Part shown: piece by piece, positions 16,062 to 23,995 of the stretch | Position numbering within the stretch: position 1 is the first letter of the stretch | How the letters are laid out: the number at the start of each line of letters is the position of its first letter | IMG/VR virus record: IMGVR_UViG_3300038321_000117 | Span: 1 to 28,292 of that record | DNA length: 28,292 bases | DNA from: a virus | Direction: 5' to 3' (one strand) | Made by a program: the position numbers and the translations under genes | Notes under the pieces: model-generated | Databases searched by the model: none | Told to the model about the DNA's origin: nothing | The model's input: only the letters and a program-made list of their open reading frames with translations

Positions 16062-16613
16062 TTACACCTTAGTCAAATGATACCGTGAAAGAGTTGCACC
16101 TGTCTGATTCTTGTATTTGGAAGATGATTTCTCATTATATCCTACCCTACACGTTTCACCCTCGAAGAATACTAACTGTGCAATTGGCATACCACTGTAA
16201 AGGCGAATAGGACGATTGTTAACATTGTAGAGTTCAAACGTAAGAGTTCCACCGAAACCTGCATCAATCCATCCTCCAGTTTGATGAATGGTAAGACCTA
16301 GGCGAGCAAGAGATGATTTCCCTTCACATGCTGCTGCAATGTTCTTAGGTAAGGTAATAGTCTCTTGTGAAACAGCAAGCACAAACATTCCAGGTTGAAT
16401 TGTAAAGGTATCTGCTTCAACTACTTCATGTCCGTAAATGATTGTATTCCTATCATATGGATCAATCATCTGCCCGTTGTTAATGTAATATTTAAACTGA
16501 TTTGAGAGGTGTAAGTCATATGAATTGGGGTTTATACTCTCTTCATCAAATGGTGTAATAATCAGGTTTCCATAGTCAATACACTGTTTAATCTGATAGT
16601 CTACCAGAATCAT
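16062..16613 (-). CDS. dcd: dCTP deaminase, possibly bifunctional deaminase/dUTPase
   Basis: INPNSYDLHL, EGKSSLARLGL, TGGWIDAGFGGTLTFEL, IAQLVF, KYKNQ. Confidence 0.92.
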   Translation of the reverse strand: MILVDYQIKQCIDYGNLIITPFDEESINPNSYDLHLSNQFKYYINNGQMIDPYDRNTIIYGHEVVEADTFTIQPGMFVLAVSQETITLPKNIAAACEGKSSLARLGLTIHQTGGWIDAGFGGTLTFELYNVNNRPIRLYSGMPIAQLVFFEGETCRVGYNEKSSSKYKNQTGATLSRYHLTKV

Positions 16614-16852
16614 TCTTTATCACTCTTATTAATGTTGTATTTGTTGAACTGACTGTAAGAATACAAAGGACACTGTAACTGCTCACACTCTACTCTACCA
16701 TCTTCGCAATATCCTTGACAATCGTAACAATAAGCACTTATCGCTTCCTTGCGTGTGATATGTTTACCTTCGAGAAAATTAATAAGATTGGTTTTACCAC
16801 TATAACTCTTACCATGTTTCTTGATGAGTTTAATGGTTGATTTGTTATCCAT
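16610..16852 (-). CDS. small Cys-rich putative metal-binding protein
   Basis: AISAYCYDCQG...CEQLQCPLY. Confidence 0.65.
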   Translation of the reverse strand: MDNKSTIKLIKKHGKSYSGKTNLINFLEGKHITRKEAISAYCYDCQGYCEDGRVECEQLQCPLYSYSQFNKYNINKSDKE

Positions 16853-17778
16853 TACGCACCTCTCTTACCAAGAATACGCATGAGTTTAAAGGCCGTGTTT
16901 GCAAAGGTAATCTCTGCATTAGCACCATAAACCATTCTGTAATCTGATTCTGCTACAATTTCAATAGCAGAAATCTTGTCAGAGGCAGAAAGAGAATCAT
17001 CATTCCACACTTTCAGGTAGATTTGGAATGTAATGCTCCGGTAATCAACCGTGTTACTATTCCACAGTTTACGTGCTTCAGTGATTTTCCTACCCTTGAT
17101 TAACGTGTAAAGTTCATCTGCAACATTGATATTCTTCTTAGTGTCTAATTCACCAAGATTCTTGTAAATATCAAGAGACTTCACCATCGAGCGAATATCA
17201 GGGTAATTGACATCAATAATCTCATTGAGACTTATATCGTCAATGGTAATGTCCTCTTCGGTGCAGATGTGTCTTAATCGTGTAAGAATCTCATTACGTG
17301 CAGGTTTACCAAAAGATACAACCTTACACCTAGAACGGAGTGGTTCAATAATCTTTGAAATTACATTACACGTAAGGATGAATCGACAACGAGAAGAATA
17401 CTCTTCCATAATGTTACGGAGAATATTCTGTGCATCAGCGGTTAAACCATCTGCTTCATCGAGATGCACAATCTTAGGCACATCAGACTTGAATGATACA
17501 GTAGAAGCAAATGCTTTAACCTTTTCACGCACCGTATCAATACCACGCTCATCTGATGCATTTAGATACAGTTTGTCAGCACCAAGTTCATTGATAATGA
17601 TTTTGGCAAGTGTAGTCTTACCTGTTCCCGCCGACGATTCAAAAATCAAATTAGGAAGAGAAAATGGATTCTCCCTTACAACTTTGCGTAATCCAGCAAT
17701 TACAGTGGTATCATTACCAATGTAATCCTCAAACGTTTGTGGGCGATATTTCTCCACAAAAAGTTTGTTGGTAATCAT
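16852..17778 (-). CDS. rfcS: replication factor C small subunit (clamp loader AAA+)
   Basis: FVEKYRPQTF, AGTGKTT, LNASDERGIDTVR, LDEADGLT, FILTCN, SKIIEPLRSRC. Confidence 0.95.
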   Translation of the reverse strand: MITNKLFVEKYRPQTFEDYIGNDTTVIAGLRKVVRENPFSLPNLIFESSAGTGKTTLAKIIINELGADKLYLNASDERGIDTVREKVKAFASTVSFKSDVPKIVHLDEADGLTADAQNILRNIMEEYSSRCRFILTCNVISKIIEPLRSRCKVVSFGKPARNEILTRLRHICTEEDITIDDISLNEIIDVNYPDIRSMVKSLDIYKNLGELDTKKNINVADELYTLIKGRKITEARKLWNSNTVDYRSITFQIYLKVWNDDSLSASDKISAIEIVAESDYRMVYGANAEITFANTAFKLMRILGKRGA

Positions 17779-17783
17779 TCACA

Positions 17784-18566
17784 TCACCACGTAACTTTGT
17801 GAGGAATAAGTAAACCAGAAACATTAATTTCCGTGTTCTTACCCGTAATGTAATCAAACGTAACAGGGTAGAGAACATCATTACCATACTGATCCTTTGT
17901 CTGTTCAGTGACAAAACCCATCGTAATATCTAACTGTGCCTCTGCAAACGAATCTTCAAGGGCATTGATATCAAATTCAACAGTAAACTCCTCACCATAC
18001 TTGTTATCAATATCCGCATGAACTTCGAGTTTAGAACGCTTATCAGTGCTTAGATTGATATATTCTCCCTCTACAGGAATAGTAAATCGCACAATGGTTT
18101 CATTAAGATTCTTTGCAACCTTGATAAACTTCTGGATGTCGTCTGCATCAAACGCAATAACAATTTCACGCGGAGGAATAGATGATTTAATGTCCTCGAT
18201 ACTCTTACCCGGAATACTCCGTGAGGCATACTCGTAATCAATCTGTGGAACATTAACCGTTAGTTTATCGTCAGATAGAACAATCAAATCGTCAGTTGTA
18301 ACAACACCAACATACTCTTCATCGAAGTTTGCAAGATACCGCTTCCTGAAGTCAAGTTCATTGATGCACATCTCAACAGACTCGTCAACATCATATTCAA
18401 CCTGCTTACCATTTGCAATAAAGGCAGTAATCATTACTCGCTTCTCAGTGTTGGTTACACTCGCAATGATATTTTCATTGGGCTTACGTGTAATAACCAT
18501 ATCACCATTCATCGCAATTCCAAGCACGTTGATAAAATTCTTCAGGGTATTAACAGAAACATGCAT
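17784..18566 (-). CDS. divergent PCNA/gp45-like sliding clamp
   Basis: 260 aa, acidic, two-domain repeat pattern (LKNFINVL...; IQKFIKVAKNL...; EFDINALED), C-terminal LLIP; adjacent to rfcS. Confidence 0.6.
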   Translation of the reverse strand: MHVSVNTLKNFINVLGIAMNGDMVITRKPNENIIASVTNTEKRVMITAFIANGKQVEYDVDESVEMCINELDFRKRYLANFDEEYVGVVTTDDLIVLSDDKLTVNVPQIDYEYASRSIPGKSIEDIKSSIPPREIVIAFDADDIQKFIKVAKNLNETIVRFTIPVEGEYINLSTDKRSKLEVHADIDNKYGEEFTVEFDINALEDSFAEAQLDITMGFVTEQTKDQYGNDVLYPVTFDYITGKNTEINVSGLLIPHKVTW

Positions 18567-18571
18567 TATAA

Positions 18572-19417
18572 TCACTCCTTTCCATTAATTAGTTTATACA
18601 GAGTTGTCCCGGTAACATCATACTTACCTGGAGGATACTTCTTCTCCTTCTTACTCGATTCAACAATTGCAAAGTAACGAGCATTTTCTTTAACAAATTC
18701 ACTCGTTGTATGAATCTTTATTTGAGACTCTTTCATTACTTTACTAACCCATTTTGGTGTCCGTTCAGATTCAATAACCTGACCCATTCTTACAAGTGAT
18801 GTATCAGTCTTGGGATACATAATGTAGATAACGCCAACCTTTGCAGTTGCAACACACTTATCATGTAGGTTATCAATATGCATGTTACGAATCTTCCAAA
18901 CTGTAGGATTGGGAACACCCTGATACTTATCTATTTTTAACTCAAAACGTCCCGCATTCTCACAAATCTCTGTATACTGTTCGATACCATCTACAACAAT
19001 CCAATCGGTTTCAGTATTATTTTTTTCATCTTTATCTTTAATATAATCAAGTAAATATGCATTCCATTTACAAACAATTTCCGAAGTGCGTAACATATCT
19101 TCTGCCGTTGAACGATCATATGGTCGAAGAGAATTAAGCACTTCAATATTAAGATTCTGATTCTTGATATAATCAAGTTCCATTGGTAAGACACTGTTAG
19201 TATCAAACGATAAAACTTTTACACTTGAACCTGGAGCGATTAAACCGTAAGTAGTAGTTGTCTTACCTGTGCCTTTGTCTCCATAAATCGAAATAATGTC
19301 TTTACTCTGAAGAGAAAGAATTGCATCATCATAGGAGAATGATGCAGTAGGATCTTCCTTCTGCTGTATCTCTTCTACTGCTTTATCTAAAGACCTTTTA
19401 CCAAGTGCCATAATCAT
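18572..19417 (-). CDS. P-loop ATPase, Sak4/AAA_24- or RecA-like
   Basis: IYGDKGTGKTT Walker A, WIVVDG Walker B; located near the SSB-like gene. Confidence 0.6.
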   Translation of the reverse strand: MIMALGKRSLDKAVEEIQQKEDPTASFSYDDAILSLQSKDIISIYGDKGTGKTTTTYGLIAPGSSVKVLSFDTNSVLPMELDYIKNQNLNIEVLNSLRPYDRSTAEDMLRTSEIVCKWNAYLLDYIKDKDEKNNTETDWIVVDGIEQYTEICENAGRFELKIDKYQGVPNPTVWKIRNMHIDNLHDKCVATAKVGVIYIMYPKTDTSLVRMGQVIESERTPKWVSKVMKESQIKIHTTSEFVKENARYFAIVESSKKEKKYPPGKYDVTGTTLYKLINGKE

Positions 19418-19422
19418 TCCTC

Positions 19423-19632
19423 TTACTTACGAGCAAACACGGAAGGTAGGGATGCAACAAACAGACCAAGAACAATTCCACAAACAGTCTGCCAAATTCC
19501 TGTAATACCAATCATACCCACCATCACATACGCAATATAGCAAAATGCAGCAAACCATATGAAAAGGAGTGCAATGCATACTGCAATAAACGCAAAAGCG
19601 CCAATAGTCTTTAACGCTGTAATATAATCCAT
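19423..19632 (-). CDS. small membrane protein
   Basis: Almost entirely hydrophobic, two predicted TM helices; SD AGGTGA before ATG 19632. Confidence 0.65.
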   Translation of the reverse strand: MDYITALKTIGAFAFIAVCIALLFIWFAAFCYIAYVMVGMIGITGIWQTVCGIVLGLFVASLPSVFARK

Positions 19633-19650
19633 AATAATCACCTAAAAAGA

Positions 19651-20769
19651 TTAGAGGAAATCGTCATCCTCAACAGGTGCATCAACAGTCTCTACATCCT
19701 CTGCAATCTCATACGAATCTTCAGGGCGAGAGAATTTAGGATCGGTGACGAAACCAAACAGATTACCACTTGCTTCACCCTTCTTATTGAAGTAAGGCTT
19801 GAAACAAATAATGCCTACTGCCTGCTCACAAAGACCTGCAACTGTATTCAATTCACAAGAAAGTGTAACATTGCCCTCAAATCCATCATCAAGAGGCGTC
19901 ACTTCAACATATGCGAAAGTATCAAAGATACTAATCTTGGAAATGATTACCTCTGCAAGTAAGAACTTCTGCTCCTTATACTCTCCATTTACTACCTGAT
20001 TCGCAACGTCATATACATCTTCAAAAGCAGCACAATTATCACCAAGTGAATCCTCTACAAGTGTAACAAATTCATCGTAATCAAAGTCATCATCAAGTTC
20101 AACAAGTTTAGATGTGTTAATACCAGTAGAGATGTTTACGATGTCTTTATTCTCATCCTTGCACGTTCCCTTGAACATATAGACCTTGCCAAATTCAGGA
20201 ACAAAGTTTGCAGGGTCTTTTACATACACAATTCCCGGTTTAACCTCACCAGAATTAGGCATTTCAAAGAATCCAAATGCTCTATTCTCCATCTGAACCT
20301 TTGGAATTTTCTTACCAATCAAGAAAGACTGAAATGTAGTAGTATTCTTCTTAGTGTAAAGCAGATTACCATCTACATCAATCAGACCATCGGTGATAGC
20401 GTTTTCCTTCCACTCATCACCAAACATCTTCTGATACATTGTAATCTGCTCTTCAGCGTCTTTGTTTGCCTTCTCTGTGACATTACGTGGTCGAGTGTAA
20501 CCAAAGAAGAAACCCTTAATCGGTGACATATTAGAACGTAATGCAGCGTTGTAGGAACCAACAATCGATTTAATGGTAACAATACTTGCCTTAGACGCGG
20601 TAATACCATCCCGCTTCATGTATTCAGCAAAGCGTTTCTTATACTCTGCCATAATAACATCGGGACGTTCACCGGCTCTTTCTGCAATCTCATTGATTCT
20701 TGCTACAATGCTCTCATCCACATCGGTGGACTTGTCTTTCTTACTTTTCAATGCCAATCTAAGCACCAA
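19651..20769 (-). CDS. putative RPA-like single-stranded DNA-binding protein
   Basis: N-terminal helical segment (RINEIAERAG..VIMAEYKK..ITASKAS) like euryarchaeal RPA N-termini, beta-rich OB-like body, acidic tail ending EDDDFL. Confidence 0.55.
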   Translation of the reverse strand: MVLRLALKSKKDKSTDVDESIVARINEIAERAGERPDVIMAEYKKRFAEYMKRDGITASKASIVTIKSIVGSYNAALRSNMSPIKGFFFGYTRPRNVTEKANKDAEEQITMYQKMFGDEWKENAITDGLIDVDGNLLYTKKNTTTFQSFLIGKKIPKVQMENRAFGFFEMPNSGEVKPGIVYVKDPANFVPEFGKVYMFKGTCKDENKDIVNISTGINTSKLVELDDDFDYDEFVTLVEDSLGDNCAAFEDVYDVANQVVNGEYKEQKFLLAEVIISKISIFDTFAYVEVTPLDDGFEGNVTLSCELNTVAGLCEQAVGIICFKPYFNKKGEASGNLFGFVTDPKFSRPEDSYEIAEDVETVDAPVEDDDFL

Positions 20770-20807
20770 TATGTTATTGGTGAGTTCAACTATAAAAAAG
20801 ATTTGAT

Positions 20808-22310
20808 TTAAGATAACATGTATACGGTAGTATCTTCTTCCTTATTCTTTAATACACGCATCTTTCCACTTTCTATGAGTAATGCAATGAGTTTTTCAGA
20901 AGAACCTTCTCCAGCACCAAAATTCTTGAAGAACACTTTTTGCCATTCTTCTTTTGTGTAGCGCATACCGATATATTCCCGACGTAAGCGCATAACAAGC
21001 CTGTTTAACTTCTCGTTGCGTCCTGTGTTGTTAGAAATGATATAGAACGCTACTGAACGCATGGCAGGGAACAATAAACGTGCGGCATTGTGTGCATCCT
21101 CTCTATCAATATAATTACGATAGTTCATCATAGCGAAGAGTGCAGCCACTTTAATGAAATTAATTGATACACGCGACACCATTGATTCCCACGCTTCAAT
21201 TTGTTCAGGATTCAACCCTGGAACTATGTTACGTAACTCTACGATGTATTCATTGATGATCTCATCCACACCCGCGCGCATATAGATAGTTTCTGTATCC
21301 TTATGCATATTTTGTAAGTTTTCTACTTCTTCCTTCAGTTTCTTACGCAGTTTATCTTGTAACCTCTTTTTGTCCTTACGCTTCTTTTCTGCCTCAGAAA
21401 TATCATCTACAAAGGAAGGAATAGCACTTACAATATACTCTGAAGTCTTTGTGCGTTTGATAGGATCTTCCGGCTGTACATAGACAATCATGCGCGGGAA
21501 TAATCCTTTCTTGAACAGATGAGTATACGTATCAAGATGATAACTTGTAATCACGATAGAACAGGCAGGATTCGAGTGAATGCGGTTATCTGTAGAAGTA
21601 ATCATATTACCCTTTGAACCGATACGATTCATGGTCTTATCAAGTATAGCCTGAATGCGAATCTTCTTATGGTCAAGGACCGCTTCACCCTCATCAAACA
21701 CCACAAAATCAAAGGACGCAAGCACACCGGGTTCAATCGGATCAACCCAACCTCTATCTTTCTTACTAAATGCATTGATACGCATATTATTGGAAACAAT
21801 CTTCTTATTGATTTCTCCAATCAATTTATTAATTTTAAATTCACCTACAGAATAGTATGTTTTATCCGCTATATCTGTAAATTCAGCAAGTATATCATTA
21901 AATTCACTCTTTGCCATACCGGAAGGCATTATAACACACGCATGAAGGCGCAAATCATCTTTTACGCCACGTTCAACGCGCACATGATTAAAGAGTTGTG
22001 AGAGTGCTACAAACCCATAGATGTCACATGCATCTGCATTGAGCACAACGCGCGTATTCCAATACTCACGCCACAAATCAAGGAAGTTATATCCTTCACG
22101 ATTACTTGATAAATCTTTGACTAGAATATCACTCTTACGCTGTAAATATTTCATCTGATATATGCGCTGTTCTCGCGTATATTCTTCAAATCCAAAGATT
22201 TCAAAATATTCTTCACCATAAACATCAAGGCACAGTTCATTGATTCGTTGCACCAATTCTTCATCATTAAGGTATCCAACTTCATCTTCTAACGGTATTT
22301 CATAATCCAT
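20808..22310 (-). CDS. divergent MCM-like (or DUF3987-like) AAA+ helicase lacking the MCM N-domain
   Basis: DLRLHACVIMPSGMAKS (Walker A), IEPGVLASFDFVVFDE (Walker B), NPACSIVITS, GLFPRM (Arg finger), RVSINFIKVA..IDREDAHNAARL (sensor-2 helices). Confidence 0.65.
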   Translation of the reverse strand: MDYEIPLEDEVGYLNDEELVQRINELCLDVYGEEYFEIFGFEEYTREQRIYQMKYLQRKSDILVKDLSSNREGYNFLDLWREYWNTRVVLNADACDIYGFVALSQLFNHVRVERGVKDDLRLHACVIMPSGMAKSEFNDILAEFTDIADKTYYSVGEFKINKLIGEINKKIVSNNMRINAFSKKDRGWVDPIEPGVLASFDFVVFDEGEAVLDHKKIRIQAILDKTMNRIGSKGNMITSTDNRIHSNPACSIVITSYHLDTYTHLFKKGLFPRMIVYVQPEDPIKRTKTSEYIVSAIPSFVDDISEAEKKRKDKKRLQDKLRKKLKEEVENLQNMHKDTETIYMRAGVDEIINEYIVELRNIVPGLNPEQIEAWESMVSRVSINFIKVAALFAMMNYRNYIDREDAHNAARLLFPAMRSVAFYIISNNTGRNEKLNRLVMRLRREYIGMRYTKEEWQKVFFKNFGAGEGSSEKLIALLIESGKMRVLKNKEEDTTVYMLS

Positions 22311-22311
22311 T

Positions 22312-23202
22312 TTAAATTCCTCTTACGTAAGAATAATCTTCAAATAATAATTCATCAGGCAAAACCCACTGTTGCCTAAATGTATTCATTCTCTGTAATT
22401 CCTGATTAATAACAGTGGGTGTGATTGCGCTACTAGTGTAAGAACGCATGTTTTCATCATAAAGGGTAGAGAAATTACGATTATCATACATCATGCCTGT
22501 ATTCCTTACTGTGTTCCCCTGAAGTGCGATTAATCGTGACCTGCACCTGTAATGAAGTGGTGGACGATAGTATTGTGCTACACTTGCAGGAAAAATAGAA
22601 CCGTGTAACATGCGACATATATCTGATGTTCTATGATCAATTACTGCCTGGAACTGAAAATAATTTATCCCATTATCAATATATGTCTGCGTTGTTGCAT
22701 AATTGTAAATATCATTAACAAGTGTCCTTGCAACAATTCCTGTGCGATGTGCAAATGAATCATTGTAAACATTTAACAAACGCTGTTGAACCTGATGCAC
22801 TGTCATTTTAGCAATTTCATCTACCGTGTAAGTAGCATAGAAACGATTAGAAACATCGCGCATGATATTCTTTCCACTTGACCAAAAGAGCACAGCAATA
22901 AGATATTCTATCAATGCGATATCACGATACTCATCAACTACATCTTCTGCTGCATACACTTGATAATCACTCTTCTCTACCTCTGTTATACCAAGTGTAA
23001 GAACATCATAAACATGATTAGAAACTTTAACACGCGAAACAGGACGGTTCAACTCTGTAATCAATGCACGTTCAAGTGCATCATTGATTTGATATTTGTT
23101 TGGAATACTTGTAATAGAACGAGTAAAAAAGGTATTCAGGGTTCTACTCATACGAGTTTCTTGCTGAATTACCTTTCTTTCGTTGTAATAACTTAAAACC
23201 AT
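22312..23202 (-). CDS. phage head morphogenesis protein (SPP1 gp7/Mu F-like)
   Basis: IVARTLVNDIYN, FQAVIDHRTSDICRMLHG, PPLHYRCRS. Confidence 0.88.
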   Translation of the reverse strand: MVLSYYNERKVIQQETRMSRTLNTFFTRSITSIPNKYQINDALERALITELNRPVSRVKVSNHVYDVLTLGITEVEKSDYQVYAAEDVVDEYRDIALIEYLIAVLFWSSGKNIMRDVSNRFYATYTVDEIAKMTVHQVQQRLLNVYNDSFAHRTGIVARTLVNDIYNYATTQTYIDNGINYFQFQAVIDHRTSDICRMLHGSIFPASVAQYYRPPLHYRCRSRLIALQGNTVRNTGMMYDNRNFSTLYDENMRSYTSSAITPTVINQELQRMNTFRQQWVLPDELLFEDYSYVRGI

Positions 23203-23945
23203 GTTTCTAATCCTTGTTTACTCTCTTGAATTACATCAGGTTTATGATTCTTAATCCTTTCAAGAATAATATCATAATACCCTTTATCTAATTCAAATCC
23301 AATGTAATTCCTATTCGTGTTCATACAAGCGATTGCAGTAGTACCACTACCCATACAATTATCTAAAACAGTATCACCTTCATTTGTATAAGTTTTGATT
23401 AAGTATTCAAAGAGATCAACAGGTTTTTGGGTTGGATGAATAGTTTTACCAACACTTTTAAATTCTAAAATTGAACGTGGATAATTAGTTTTTTCTTGAA
23501 AATTAACCTTACCACTGTCTCCATAACAATTACCGTTATTACCACGTTTAACAACCTTATTAAAATCAATTACATTTTGTGGATTATATGTTGGTTGTTT
23601 TTGATAAAATACTAATATTTCTTCATGATTTTTCATAGGCATTCTTTTTGCATTCAAATGACCTGTTACTGATGTTTTTTTCCAAACCCATGAATATTTT
23701 AACATTTTAATATTGGATGCGCCCAACAATGAAGTAAATGGTTGACTTCCTGTAAGAACAATAGCACCATTATCTTTTATAATTCTTTTATATTGTTCCC
23801 ACAATAAATCAAGGGGTATAACACTATCCCACTTGTTTTGAGTAGTCCCATAAGGAAGATCGCAAAGAATCATATCAACTGACTTATCTTCAATCCGATT
23901 CATCCCTTCTAAACAATCCTCATTATAAACAACATTCAACTCCAT
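23193..23945 (-). CDS. DNA amino-methyltransferase (N4-mC/N6-mA, beta class)
   Basis: DCLEGM, DMILCDLPYG (motif IV), HPTQKP, VLDNCMGSGTT (motif I); AT-rich relative to flanks. Confidence 0.92.
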   Translation of the reverse strand: MELNVVYNEDCLEGMNRIEDKSVDMILCDLPYGTTQNKWDSVIPLDLLWEQYKRIIKDNGAIVLTGSQPFTSLLGASNIKMLKYSWVWKKTSVTGHLNAKRMPMKNHEEILVFYQKQPTYNPQNVIDFNKVVKRGNNGNCYGDSGKVNFQEKTNYPRSILEFKSVGKTIHPTQKPVDLFEYLIKTYTNEGDTVLDNCMGSGTTAIACMNTNRNYIGFELDKGYYDIILERIKNHKPDVIQESKQGLETWF

Positions 23946-23995
23946 GTATATCACTATTTTATTTCCTGTAACAACATTAAAAAGGTTGTTATGTG

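Noticed and set aside
17207-17725. 172-aa + strand ORF
   Set aside because: Fully antisense to the conserved rfcS gene, Ser/Ile-rich, no motifs or SD; a shadow ORF. The same applies to the other short opposite-strand ORFs over polB, primase, MCM-like and nrdJ.
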